A model generated the notes under the pieces. It was not told where the DNA came from. It saw only the letters and a list, made by a program, of their open reading frames with translations, and ran no database searches. Below are positions 49,136 through 58,239 of a DNA stretch of 64,000 nt, one piece after another. Location of the stretch: positions 1-64,000 of the IMG/VR virus record IMGVR_UViG_3300037486_000582. One strand, 5' to 3'. Source of the DNA: a virus. Positions within the stretch are counted from its first letter, which is position 1; the number at the start of each line of letters is the position of its first letter. Both the position numbers and the translations under genes were made by a program.

Positions 49136-49479
49136 GTCGTCACCTTCGGCCCCTCCGGTGGACCCCAAGCCCGCTCCGGAGCGGGCGGTTCCCACACGGT
49201 TCCGTCCAGCGTCGCACGCAGCGCCCGCGGAAGCGAGTCCAGCGCACGCTGGGTGCTGTAGTGGAGGTCCACGCGGAGCTTCGCGAACCAGTCGTAGCAG
49301 ATGTTCGCCCTCCGCTTCACCTCGGCCTCCGTCGGAGCAACCGAGACGGTGACGATGAGGCTCGCCGCCCGGTCCTCCACGAAGCTGTTGCGAACGACCC
49401 GCCCGACCGCGGCAAAGACACGGCGCAGAGAGGCCTCGTCCTTCACTAGAGCGACCAGGAACTCGCGCTTCGTTGACAT
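49132..49479 (-). CDS. Hypothetical protein
   Basis: Start moved to ATG 49479 after GGGGAAGG; 115 aa. Confidence 0.6.
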   Translation of the reverse strand: MSTKREFLVALVKDEASLRRVFAAVGRVVRNSFVEDRAASLIVTVSVAPTEAEVKRRANICYDWFAKLRVDLHYSTQRALDSLPRALRATLDGTVWEPPAPERAWGPPEGPKVTT

Positions 49480-49490
49480 CCTTCCCCTCG

Positions 49491-50735
49491 TTACAGGACA
49501 GGGACCGTCGTGCACCGGCAGCTCGCGTGAGCGGGAGGCACCATCGCCCCGCCACCGCTCCCCGCCCCGCCACCGACCGGCCTGTAGACGCCGACTCGGT
49601 CGACGACCCCGAACCCGCGCTGCTGAATCTGTGCGACGGGCGGACCGAGCGGACCGCCGCGCGGAGAGACATGAATTTGGTCCCCGACGACCCTGTACCA
49701 CGCCGACATGTTGACCGCGGCTTCAGGGTCGGGGCTCCGCAGGGCGGCTTCGGTGCGCGTCAGCGACGACTCGACGGGGAACTGCTGGCCGTGTAGCCAA
49801 CGGCACGTCTCACACGTCCGCTCGTCGAGGACAGCCTCCCACGTGTAGGAGTCGATCTCGGCCACGCCGTAACCAACCATCTGTCCGTAGGACCGGGCCT
49901 GGGCGACGGCCGCACTCGCGACGGCGCGGTAGTAGTTCTCGTCCCGTCCAAGAGCAGCACCGCGCATAGCCACGGCGAGGTCTTGTGCGATTTGCCTGTA
50001 GCCGAGCCCCTCGGCGGCACCCTCGCCAACGATGCGCCGAGCAGCCCGGGAGAACCGCTCACTTCGGCGAGCGAACTCGTCGGAGATGAAGACGGACCCG
50101 TTCCGTCCGATTCTCCGGGCGAGCTCCCGTTCGACCGGACTGAACGTGAAGGCCAACCCGCGAGCAGCCGTCGCCCCCAACGCTGACCTCTGGGCGACGG
50201 ACGCCGCAACCTGCTGAAGCTGGCCGAGCGCACCTTCTCGGAAGTCCCGGCTCCCCGGGATGTCCCGTACTGCAGTCGCCAGCATGGCGATGGCGTTGTC
50301 GACCTGAGCCGCGGTCATGGTTGGCCACGGTCGGCGGAGCTGGTCCAGCGCACGACGAAGGGTCCTCCGTGCTGACGCACGGCTGGTGGCCCGGAGAGCG
50401 CGTTCCAAGCGTTCGATGGCCAACGCAAACGCACGACGAGACAGCGGGAGGTCCGCCTTCTCGACGGTCACCGTGTCCTGCTGGAACGGCCAGAGCCAGA
50501 GGCCACTCTGCGTCTGGATGGCGCCACGGTAGACGAGGACATCGCGCTCGGTCGCCTCGGCCAACGCCTTCGCAGCCGGCCCGACCTCCCGGGCATCGGC
50601 GATGCGATGCAGCAGGCCGATCTCTGGAATCGCAATTGCGACCGCACCGCAGGCCGTCAGGGCAGGCGGGTCCGCGAACAGGACGCCCCGTGGGTCGCCC
50701 ACCTCGGTCCAGGGCGGTCCGAGCAACGCGGTCAT
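49491..50735 (-). CDS. Minor head protein, MuF / SPP1 gp7 family
   Basis: WEAVLDERTCETC and PPAHASCRCT motifs. Confidence 0.9.
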   Translation of the reverse strand: MTALLGPPWTEVGDPRGVLFADPPALTACGAVAIAIPEIGLLHRIADAREVGPAAKALAEATERDVLVYRGAIQTQSGLWLWPFQQDTVTVEKADLPLSRRAFALAIERLERALRATSRASARRTLRRALDQLRRPWPTMTAAQVDNAIAMLATAVRDIPGSRDFREGALGQLQQVAASVAQRSALGATAARGLAFTFSPVERELARRIGRNGSVFISDEFARRSERFSRAARRIVGEGAAEGLGYRQIAQDLAVAMRGAALGRDENYYRAVASAAVAQARSYGQMVGYGVAEIDSYTWEAVLDERTCETCRWLHGQQFPVESSLTRTEAALRSPDPEAAVNMSAWYRVVGDQIHVSPRGGPLGPPVAQIQQRGFGVVDRVGVYRPVGGGAGSGGGAMVPPAHASCRCTTVPVL

Positions 50736-50738
50736 CGC

Positions 50739-51194
50739 TCAGACGGCGTCCCTGGGCATCGGAGCTCCGCCGGTCGCGCAGAGCACAACGTCCGTCGCCC
50801 CGGCCGCCACGTAGGCCGTGATACGGAACGCGACCAGGTGTCCGTCCACCGGAACCTGCGCGCTGGCGGCCAGCCCGGTCAAGCCACCGACCGACGTGAG
50901 CGTCTTCCAGCGCCGTCCGAGCGGAGCAGCGGCGTCCGGCGTCGCGACCATTGGCAGGACGTCGACGGACCCGCCGTCCACTGGTGCCCCGGTCGGGCCA
51001 CGGAAGTCGGCGATCAGCCTGACGCTCAGCCACTCTCGAGCATCGAGGATGACGACGTCGGGGCCGAGCTCACCCGCGTTCCTGTTGTCCGGTGTCCAGA
51101 GACCCGACACCGGAGCGTCCGGCGCGTTCCGCGGAGCCCGGACGTCTGTCTTCGCACTCGGACTGTAGAGCCTACGCTTCGTGGGAGCTGTCAT
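50739..51194 (-). CDS. Hypothetical protein
   Basis: 151 aa between portal and MuF genes. Confidence 0.6.
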   Translation of the reverse strand: MTAPTKRRLYSPSAKTDVRAPRNAPDAPVSGLWTPDNRNAGELGPDVVILDAREWLSVRLIADFRGPTGAPVDGGSVDVLPMVATPDAAAPLGRRWKTLTSVGGLTGLAASAQVPVDGHLVAFRITAYVAAGATDVVLCATGGAPMPRDAV

Positions 51195-53058
51195 CTGCGT
51201 CCTCCTCGTGCCCGAGCGGGTTCGAAGCCGCCCGAGCAGCCGCGGCGTCCAGTGCGGCCAGCGCGCTGTCGCCTTCCGTGTGCGTCCTGCGTCGGCCGAG
51301 GGCGAGCCCTTGGTGCGACAAGTTCACGAGGTCTTGCGCCTCGGCGACGTCGAGCCCGGCGACCGCCGGTGGCATGTCCTCCGGTGCGCCCTCCACCGGA
51401 GGGGCGAAGCCGGCGAGCGTGAGCTGGATCGGCTGCTTCGCCCACGGCAGGTCCAGCGGGTCGAGCTCGTGGCCGAGGATGTCGCTCGAAAGGTAGCGTG
51501 CTTCGTTCGGGGTGATTGCCCCGACCTTCGCCAGATCGAGGATGACAGCCGCCACCCGTTCCGGGTCGCGGGTCTGCGGCCCGAGCGAGCGGAAGGTCCA
51601 CATTCGGATGTCGAGCATCGGAAGGATGACCCTGTTCAGCCAGGAGTCGAACTCCTTCCGCTCGGGCTCGAACACCTGCTCGTCGGCAAAGCGCAAACTC
51701 GCGTCGGCCGTGGACTTGTTGAAGTCGCGCACGTCACCGCGGAGCAGCCGGGGCAGGCGGAAGGAGCTGCCGATCTTGTCCACGTTCCGCTCGTCGTACT
51801 TCTGGAACATGGCGTCGCCCTTCTGCACGTCGCCGAGGCGTTCGAACGTGAGCCGCGGGTGCTCGTGCGGCGACATCGGGTCGCCTTCGTCGTCGGCCTC
51901 GATGACCATGATCTTGTGGAAGTTCTCGCGCCCCTTGATGTGGTCGCGGATGAACGTCTCGATCCTGGTCACGCTCTCCGAGCTGAGCCGCCCGCCGGAC
52001 ACGAGCAGCGCCAGCGGCGGAATGGCCTTGTTGTCGAAGTAGGCGAAGTTGACCTCGTCCGACGCCCGGCTGCCGAGGACCGCGAGCAGGTTCCCGATCC
52101 AGCGCGGGACACCGTAGGGCTCGCCAGTCCTGTGAATGCGGAAGTGGACCATCTCGGTCGCCTGGTGCTCGCGACCGCGGGTCTGCTCCGCGAAGACCGC
52201 CAGGTTCGCATAGATGCGCCCAGTCTCTCTGGAGACGACCCGCGGGTCGCCAAACTGCTTGAACCAGATGATCTTTGAACCGACCGCCTGGACGTAGCGG
52301 CGGAAGAACTTCGGCTGGTAGATGACCTCCCAGCCAAGCCCGAGGTGGACGCGGTCGGGTACCATGACAGGAATCTCGTCCAGCGCGGTGCAGCGGACGT
52401 GTGTCGGCGGCACCCCAACGAAGCGACTCACCTCCCCGACGCGGTTCCGAAGGATCTCCCAGAAGCCGTTGCCGACGATCTCAAGGTCCTGTCTCGTGTG
52501 GCGGCGAAGCGTCTCGAAACTCCCGTCTGGGTAGACGCCTTCGAAGAACGAGTCGAGCCGCGCCTTCTCGAACCGCGCTCGGATGCGGAGTGCCTCGACG
52601 GTCTTCGCGACCACCTCGTCCGTCGGAAGGTACTGCTCTGGGTCCTTGACCCGGCTCGCCTGTGCCAGCACGTCCGCGTCGTCCGCCGCGTCTCGGAGGT
52701 CGTCGCTCGCTGCCGTCGATGCCTCCGCCGCGCGCACGCGCTCGACCCACATGGCGTCGCGGACCTTCTCCTCCGCCTCCTCGCCGAACAGGTCGAACCG
52801 AGCAGCGAAGCGGTAGCCGAGGCCGTCGATGTTGGTGACGTACGCCTGGACGTTCTGCGGAAGGGCGCTGCTGTTTTCCCACATCCGCAGAAGGTCGATC
52901 GGATTGTACGGCGGTTCGAGGACACCGGCCTCGCGGAAGATGGACTGAAGCTGGTCCGTGTCCTCGCGAATGGAGACCGGAGCGTGGACGGCTTGTCCGA
53001 GCAGCCGCGCCTTCAGCGTCGCGCGTGGTTCCTTCGGTTCTTCCTGTGCGTCGGCCAT
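51172..53058 (-). CDS. Portal protein (PBSX-like)
   Basis: GNGFWEI, YGVPRW, YFDNKAIP, FRLPRLLRG and ITPNEAR motifs. Confidence 0.9.
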   Translation of the reverse strand: MADAQEEPKEPRATLKARLLGQAVHAPVSIREDTDQLQSIFREAGVLEPPYNPIDLLRMWENSSALPQNVQAYVTNIDGLGYRFAARFDLFGEEAEEKVRDAMWVERVRAAEASTAASDDLRDAADDADVLAQASRVKDPEQYLPTDEVVAKTVEALRIRARFEKARLDSFFEGVYPDGSFETLRRHTRQDLEIVGNGFWEILRNRVGEVSRFVGVPPTHVRCTALDEIPVMVPDRVHLGLGWEVIYQPKFFRRYVQAVGSKIIWFKQFGDPRVVSRETGRIYANLAVFAEQTRGREHQATEMVHFRIHRTGEPYGVPRWIGNLLAVLGSRASDEVNFAYFDNKAIPPLALLVSGGRLSSESVTRIETFIRDHIKGRENFHKIMVIEADDEGDPMSPHEHPRLTFERLGDVQKGDAMFQKYDERNVDKIGSSFRLPRLLRGDVRDFNKSTADASLRFADEQVFEPERKEFDSWLNRVILPMLDIRMWTFRSLGPQTRDPERVAAVILDLAKVGAITPNEARYLSSDILGHELDPLDLPWAKQPIQLTLAGFAPPVEGAPEDMPPAVAGLDVAEAQDLVNLSHQGLALGRRRTHTEGDSALAALDAAAARAASNPLGHEEDADDSSHEA

Positions 53059-53096
53059 GGAGGGACGTTACCACGCCACGGCCCGCGCTCCCAGGT

Positions 53097-53477
53097 TCAC
53101 GTTGGCTGTTCGTCGGCGCCCGGTGGCACCGCTGCGCTCTCGGCCGGTGCCACCGCTGGTCCCTGGGCGGGCTCGGCGACGAGCTTCGCCCCGAACGCCT
53201 TGAGCTCCTCCTGGAGCTGGGCGATGCGCTCCTCCTGAAGCTGCTTCGCCCGCGCGACGCCGTTCATGAGTGCTTCGGCCAAGTTCGCTGCCGTCTCGGC
53301 GGACATCGACACGTCCGCGGTCGTCGAGCTGAACTGCATCTTGACCTGGCCTGCCGCGACCCCGACACGGATGTCGATCGCCGGCCGCTTGCCGGAGCCG
53401 TTTCCCGCCGGACGTTGCCTGCCCGGTACGCGCCGCTTCCCGTTGTGCTTGTGGTTGCTCTTGCTCGACATCGTCAT
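53097..53477 (-). CDS. Hypothetical protein
   Basis: Start moved to ATG 53477 after GGGGAAGG; ATGA overlap. Confidence 0.55.
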   Translation of the reverse strand: MTMSSKSNHKHNGKRRVPGRQRPAGNGSGKRPAIDIRVGVAAGQVKMQFSSTTADVSMSAETAANLAEALMNGVARAKQLQEERIAQLQEELKAFGAKLVAEPAQGPAVAPAESAAVPPGADEQPT

Positions 53478-53740
53478 CCTTCCCCGGGCTCCGTGTCGTC
53501 GTCGCGGCCGCTCGCGCCAGACACGCTCACTTCCGAGCAGCCAGCACGCTGCAGCATCAGGTCGGCGGCGCACTCGGCCGAGCAGACGTGGAAGTCTCCA
53601 GCCCACCCTGGGAGACAGGTGGCGGTCCACGGCGACGGGAGCTGCTCGCCGTGCGCGATACCGTCGAACTGGGCCGCCCGCCCGCAGGCGTCGCAGACGA
53701 CCAGACAGTGACCTTGGAAGCCCACGCCAGGAGCATACAC
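53474..53740 (-). CDS. Small zinc-finger protein
   Basis: CDAC...HVCSAEC; start uncertain. Confidence 0.55.
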   Translation of the reverse strand: MYAPGVGFQGHCLVVCDACGRAAQFDGIAHGEQLPSPWTATCLPGWAGDFHVCSAECAADLMLQRAGCSEVSVSGASGRDDDTEPGEG

Positions 53741-53785
53741 GGACCTTGACGCCGGCGCAGCAGGAACGACACAATGAGAGCTCCT

Positions 53786-53831
53786 CCGGGGTCCACGGTG
53801 CCCTTCCCCCCCAGGGCACCGTGGACCCCGG
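53786..53831. repeat. Perfect 19-bp inverted repeat with an 8-nt loop
   Basis: CCGGGGTCCACGGTGCCCT-TCCCCCCC-AGGGCACCGTGGACCCCGG, 6 nt after the terminase stop. Confidence 0.9.
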
Positions 53832-53837
53832 TTTCGC

Positions 53838-55424
53838 TCATCCGATGGCGCGAACTCCAGACGACGACGATGAAGACGCCCGCCGGCCGGTGTCGCGACG
53901 GAGTTTCCGCTCGTACATGCGCGCCGCTTCCCGCGCGATCCAGGAGGCCATGAGCCGGTCGCCGGTGTGACCTTGCGGGTCGTAGGCCAGCATGTCGTCG
54001 ATCCAGTCGGCGACGCCCCTGGCGACGCGCCGGGAACCGACTTCGCAGGGGATGAGCCACCGGGAAGCCGCCATCTCCGCGGCGAGGCTCTCGACGCCGT
54101 ACTCCGGGGACAGCTTGTTGCGGCCCGTGGTGAAAGCGCGGACGCGCATCCCAGGAGCGCGTTCCCTGACCCACTGGACGAGGAAGTCCTGAGCAGCGTT
54201 GTTCTCCACGACGACCGTCGAGCGGAAGCGTTCGTTCACCGAGACGACCCGGTCGATGATCTCCGGGCCGCTCCACCGCCCCGCCTGAACCTCCAGCACT
54301 TGGCGCATCCCATTTGGCCAGAGCAGCAGCGTGAACAAGGCGCTCTTGCCGGACCCCGGCCGTGCGCTGATCGCGAGGTCGACGCCGGTGATGGTCATGA
54401 AGCCGGCCGGCATCCCGCCCATCTCGAGCAACTCCTCCGTCAGACTCATCTCGGCGGCGAACTCGGGGTCGCGCTCCGCGATGTCTTGCAGACTGCTGTA
54501 CGTCGCGAACCCTTCGCCGAGCGCCAGGCACTGCTCGATCCACGACCGCTGGAACCGCGCGGTGCTCTCGTCGCGCGGCTGGCAGAGCATCTGACGAGAG
54601 AACTCGATCGGCCCGAGCACCTGGGTTCGGACGTGCTCGATCCGGTCCAGCGGCCACCGCTCCGGCCAGGCCAGCTTGCCGTCCTGGTCCAAGACGGGAA
54701 ACCGCATCGAGTGCCACCCCTGGCGCTCCAAGTTGTGGGCCATGTCCTTCGGGTGCCAAGCGTTCGTCAGGAGGCAGACCCACGCACCCTTCGCGAGCCG
54801 CGGGAAGGCGGAAGCGCGAATCCACTCCTCGATCTTGTCCCGCTGGTAGTTGGTGCGTGTGTTGTTCTCGGTCAGGACGTCGTCGATGATGAGCCCGTCG
54901 AGCCGCGCGCCCTGGATGGTTCCTCCCTCCGGCGAGTAGGCTTGCAGGGACGGGTCCTTGATGCCGCCCGGACGCTCCACTTCCAACGAAACGTCGGTCC
55001 AGAGCGTGCCGCGACGAAGGTCTGGGAAGACCTGGTGGAGTATCTGGTTCTCGATGATGTGCTGCTGCGCGGTGCGGATGATCTTCTTTGCCTGGCTCTG
55101 CGTCGCGGACAGAACTGCGTACCGCCGACGCTGGTCCTTCCCGAGCAGCCAGAGGACGCGGGCGATGGCGAGCTGCTGTGTCTTTCCGCTCTCGGGGAAC
55201 GCCCAGATGACCACGTTGCGGTAGCGCTCGATGGCGTAGTGCCAGGCTGCCTGGAAGGGCTTCACCTGGATGTGGTTCCCCGTCTCCTCGTCCCGGAGGA
55301 CCATCTCGCAGAACGCGGGACAGTCCCGCCGCGCCAGACGGAGCATCGCCGCCCACGCAAGCTGCGCCTGCTCACCGATACCATCCGTCGGCGCGTCGCG
55401 CGCCACGCCCGTTCCAATGCCCAT
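53838..55424 (-). CDS. terL: Terminase large subunit
   Basis: Walker A FPESGKT, Walker B LIIDD, nuclease motifs ITGVDLA, VENNAAQ and GDRLMA; start could be 55424, 55436 or 55466. Confidence 0.92.
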   Translation of the reverse strand: MGIGTGVARDAPTDGIGEQAQLAWAAMLRLARRDCPAFCEMVLRDEETGNHIQVKPFQAAWHYAIERYRNVVIWAFPESGKTQQLAIARVLWLLGKDQRRRYAVLSATQSQAKKIIRTAQQHIIENQILHQVFPDLRRGTLWTDVSLEVERPGGIKDPSLQAYSPEGGTIQGARLDGLIIDDVLTENNTRTNYQRDKIEEWIRASAFPRLAKGAWVCLLTNAWHPKDMAHNLERQGWHSMRFPVLDQDGKLAWPERWPLDRIEHVRTQVLGPIEFSRQMLCQPRDESTARFQRSWIEQCLALGEGFATYSSLQDIAERDPEFAAEMSLTEELLEMGGMPAGFMTITGVDLAISARPGSGKSALFTLLLWPNGMRQVLEVQAGRWSGPEIIDRVVSVNERFRSTVVVENNAAQDFLVQWVRERAPGMRVRAFTTGRNKLSPEYGVESLAAEMAASRWLIPCEVGSRRVARGVADWIDDMLAYDPQGHTGDRLMASWIAREAARMYERKLRRDTGRRASSSSSSGVRAIG

Positions 55425-55431
55425 CGGCCCA

Positions 55432-55442
55432 AGCATACCGCA
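55432..55442 (-). promoter_or_regulatory. Putative late-promoter -10 element TGCGGTATGCT, 7 nt before the terL ATG
   Basis: Identical to 14505..14515 with the same spacing. Confidence 0.5.
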
Positions 55443-55500
55443 CTGTGACGCGCGCCGCGACCGCAACGGAAGCGGCGGACGAGCAACGTCCTACAGCCTC

Positions 55501-55630
55501 CGATAAATCGTCCGGGGGATCACACACTATAATCCACTGGCATTATTGGAGAAACACGGACGTCCTCCAGTAATCGTCCTGGGATGTCTTGCAGGATACC
55601 GCCGGGTTTCCTATAAAGGGTGGTGGAGGC
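55501..55630 (+). promoter_or_regulatory. Early promoter cassette copy 1 (sigma70-type)
   Basis: TTGCAG (55589)-17 bp-TATAAA (55612), then GGTGGTGGAGG; two upstream ATCGTCCnGGG boxes; two further copies in the window. Confidence 0.8.
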
Positions 55631-55636
55631 GACGCG

Positions 55637-56038
55637 ATGGGAAAGAAAGACGGGACGCGGGTAGCGAGAGTGGTCGACGCGGGGCACCCGTTGCACGGCC
55701 AGCGGTTCGTGGTCCAGCAGTGGAACAACGGTGCCTGGTACTGCTGGGGCCAGGTAACGTCGTTCAAGAACGGCCACCGCCGCCACGAGGGGTCCTGGCG
55801 TTTCCAGGAGGCGCAGGTCGAAGTCGTCGAGGTCGCGGACTCGGGCGTGGCGCTCTCGATGTCCCTGTTCGAGCAGTGCCGCCAAGACCTCCGCCGCCGC
55901 GGCGCGATGATCTACCGGAACACGATCGTGAAGCCGCCGCACAGCGAGCGGTTTGTGAAGATGGCGCGGGAGCTTGGAATGGCTCTCGAGTCCCTGACGA
56001 CCGATGACGAGCGAACCATAAACGAGATGCTGGAGTAG
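55637..56038 (+). CDS. Hypothetical early protein
   Basis: Start moved to ATG 55637 after the cassette SD. Confidence 0.7.
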   Translation: MGKKDGTRVARVVDAGHPLHGQRFVVQQWNNGAWYCWGQVTSFKNGHRRHEGSWRFQEAQVEVVEVADSGVALSMSLFEQCRQDLRRRGAMIYRNTIVKPPHSERFVKMARELGMALESLTTDDERTINEMLE

Positions 56039-56047
56039 GAGACGAAC

Positions 56048-56926
56048 ATGACGAAGGCGAACGAGAACACGAAGGCGATCAAGGTCACGGCGAAGGAGCT
56101 CGCGATCCTTCAGGGCATCGTGAGGAGCGAGTTCCAAGACTTCGGGGCCGGCGGCCCCGTCGGCCAGTACGTCTGGTCATGGAGTGCGACGTCGAACGCG
56201 GGCGATGCGATCAAGAGCCAGCGCAGCGCGGGCGGTGTTGTGGCATCCCTGGTCAAGAAGGGTCTCGCGACCCAGATGGACGAAGGTCGGGACGCGTGCC
56301 TCGCGGTGACCGCGCTCGGCTTTGCCGCCTACCAGGCCAACCTCGCGGTGACCGAGCCCGCCCCGGTTGCCGAGCCCGCCCCGGTTGCCGAGCCCGCCCC
56401 GGTTGCCGAGCCCACCGCCGAGGAGCTGGACGTGATCCGCCGCGCCGTCGAGGACCTCGCCCTGGATGAGCCCGGCACGAGCCCCGTCGACGTCCCGCTG
56501 TATGCGACGATGACCAGCGCGCTCGCGGCGTCCCTGGCCACGAAGGGCTTGGCCGTCGTGACCGAGGTGCGCGCCCGGGACGCCTTCATGGCGATTACCC
56601 AGCGCGGGTACGACGCCGTCGCGGCGACGGTGCGCGTTGCCGCCGCGGTCCCCGCCGAGGAGCCGGCCCCGGTCGAGGTCAAGAGCTATGCCGAGCGCCT
56701 GGCCGCGATCCTCGGGGCCGGCTGCGCCGTGAACACGAACGGTACCCTTCGCGTCGGCGACGCCGCGCTCGCCAAGCTCGAGGAGCTTCTGCCCGGTCAC
56801 GACTACGCGACCAACTTCCCAGAGAGCGGGCTCCTGGAGACCGGGATCAAGATCAACAAGAACAGCATCACCGTCTACCCGATCCGGATCGGAACCTTCC
56901 TCGTCGCGCTCGGGGACCTCTGCTGA
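56048..56926 (+). CDS. Early protein with two winged-helix-like repeats and a C-terminal domain shared with 63094..63687
   Basis: Repeated TAxEL...ASLxxKGLA...xT..G; EPAPVA linker; AVNTNGTLRVG domain. Confidence 0.7.
   Translation: MTKANENTKAIKVTAKELAILQGIVRSEFQDFGAGGPVGQYVWSWSATSNAGDAIKSQRSAGGVVASLVKKGLATQMDEGRDACLAVTALGFAAYQANLAVTEPAPVAEPAPVAEPAPVAEPTAEELDVIRRAVEDLALDEPGTSPVDVPLYATMTSALAASLATKGLAVVTEVRARDAFMAITQRGYDAVAATVRVAAAVPAEEPAPVEVKSYAERLAAILGAGCAVNTNGTLRVGDAALAKLEELLPGHDYATNFPESGLLETGIKINKNSITVYPIRIGTFLVALGDLC
56352..56413 (+). repeat. In-frame 18-bp tandem repeat (~3.4 copies) encoding EPAPVA
   Basis: CCGAGCCCGCCCCGGTTG three times plus a partial copy. Confidence 0.9.
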
Positions 56927-57208
56927 CCGGCCGCGGCGCTCCTCCCTTTCGCCTCCCAGACCACACCCAGACGCCCCGCCGCCCGACCCGGGCCGGCGTC
57001 CGTCACGCCGACCGAGATGAGCACGGCTGCCGCCCCCAGCGCCGAGCACGACCAACCAGGTCTAGTCGGGGTCGTCCGCCCCCAGCCTCGGAGCGACATG
57101 GCCGCACCAGGCGACCTTGGCGCTGGGGGCCACCGCCCTAGCTCGAGCCGGCCAGTATCGCTTGGCGTGGCCAAGCTGCTCCGGTGCGGACGAGTCGCGT
57201 CGGCGGCC

Positions 57209-58228
57209 CTACTGCCACCCGAGGGCTTGGACCAGAAGGGGTGCCACGACCGCCGGCGAGTGCGCAGCCAGCGTGCGCCCCGCCCCGTCGGCGAGCACGG
57301 CCGTGTCGGAGGCAGAAGGCGGCGAGGACAGGAGCCGGGCGAGCGCCTCCGACGACCCGACCGAAAGGCAGTTGACGCCCGGGGCAAGCTCGCCACCCGG
57401 GCGCAGCCAGCCGTCGTGTACGACCAGAGCCGCGCCCGCGTCCCAGGCCTCAAAGAACGTGTACTGCGTCCCTCCGCCGTCGTCTCGGATGGTGCTCATG
57501 TCGACGACGTACTCGGCCTGCCCCGCGATGAGAAGGGGAGCGTCGGCCGTCTTCGGAAACCGCCCGCGGTAGTACCGCGCCTCCCAGCCCGGGCAAGCCT
57601 TCTCGAGCTTGTGGAAGGCGTACAGCCTGTTGACTGCGCCGTAGATGTGGCAGCGGCCGCGGTCGCCCGGCGGCAGCGCGTCGAAGGCTGGGACGACAAG
57701 GTGCGTCCCCTTGTCGAAGTCGACCCTGGACAGGGTAACCGCCCGCTCGGACCGCGGGTGCTGGCTGCTCACCGCCCGGCGGACGTAGGGGTGTGGAACG
57801 AAGGTAACCCGACTGACACCTCGGCGCCGGACGTTCTCCACGTTCGTCGGCCGGATGACCACGACGCGGCGGCGGTGCCGCTCGATGCACTCCATGAGCG
57901 GCGGGGTCATCTCGGTCGGGTCGTGGAGGATGATGTCGGCCCCGGCACGGAGCAGCGCCTCCGTTGCCTCGGCGTGCGTCCGCCAGTACGAACAGGTGAT
58001 GAGTCCCTGTCCCGCCGCCTTCAGGTCGCGGAGCATCGTGTCGAGCGACGTGGAGAAGGCACGGACGCCGTGACTCCACGGCTTGTCGCCTCGCGCGTCC
58101 CGCTTGGCGAGTCGGTAGAGCATGGGGCAGTGGCCGGTGCGCTCGAGCGCAAGGGCAAGGTGGGCCGTGTAGGACACGAAGCCGCCGAACGCCACGTCGG
58201 TCAGGTAGAACAGGGGCGCGACCGTCAC
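57209..58228 (-). CDS. GT-B fold glycosyltransferase, putative DNA-modifying
   Basis: Start moved to GTG 58228; GGFVSYTAHL, ILHD, SRVDFDKG and DGGGTQYTFFEA motifs. Confidence 0.75.
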   Translation of the reverse strand: MTVAPLFYLTDVAFGGFVSYTAHLALALERTGHCPMLYRLAKRDARGDKPWSHGVRAFSTSLDTMLRDLKAAGQGLITCSYWRTHAEATEALLRAGADIILHDPTEMTPPLMECIERHRRRVVVIRPTNVENVRRRGVSRVTFVPHPYVRRAVSSQHPRSERAVTLSRVDFDKGTHLVVPAFDALPPGDRGRCHIYGAVNRLYAFHKLEKACPGWEARYYRGRFPKTADAPLLIAGQAEYVVDMSTIRDDGGGTQYTFFEAWDAGAALVVHDGWLRPGGELAPGVNCLSVGSSEALARLLSSPPSASDTAVLADGAGRTLAAHSPAVVAPLLVQALGWQ

Positions 58229-58239
58229 GGAACCCTCCC

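Noticed and set aside
49136-49672. N-terminal 179 aa of the 2,070-aa ORF call
   Set aside because: Overlaps the MuF gene and the 49132..49479 gene; ATG 49135 has an ATGA overlap and is the better start
56352-56413. Tandem repeat as a CRISPR array or origin iterons
   Set aside because: No spacers; it is an in-frame 18-bp repeat encoding a Pro/Ala linker
56927-57208. Gene or terminator in the convergent gap
   Set aside because: Only low-complexity shadow ORFs and no clear stem plus U-tract
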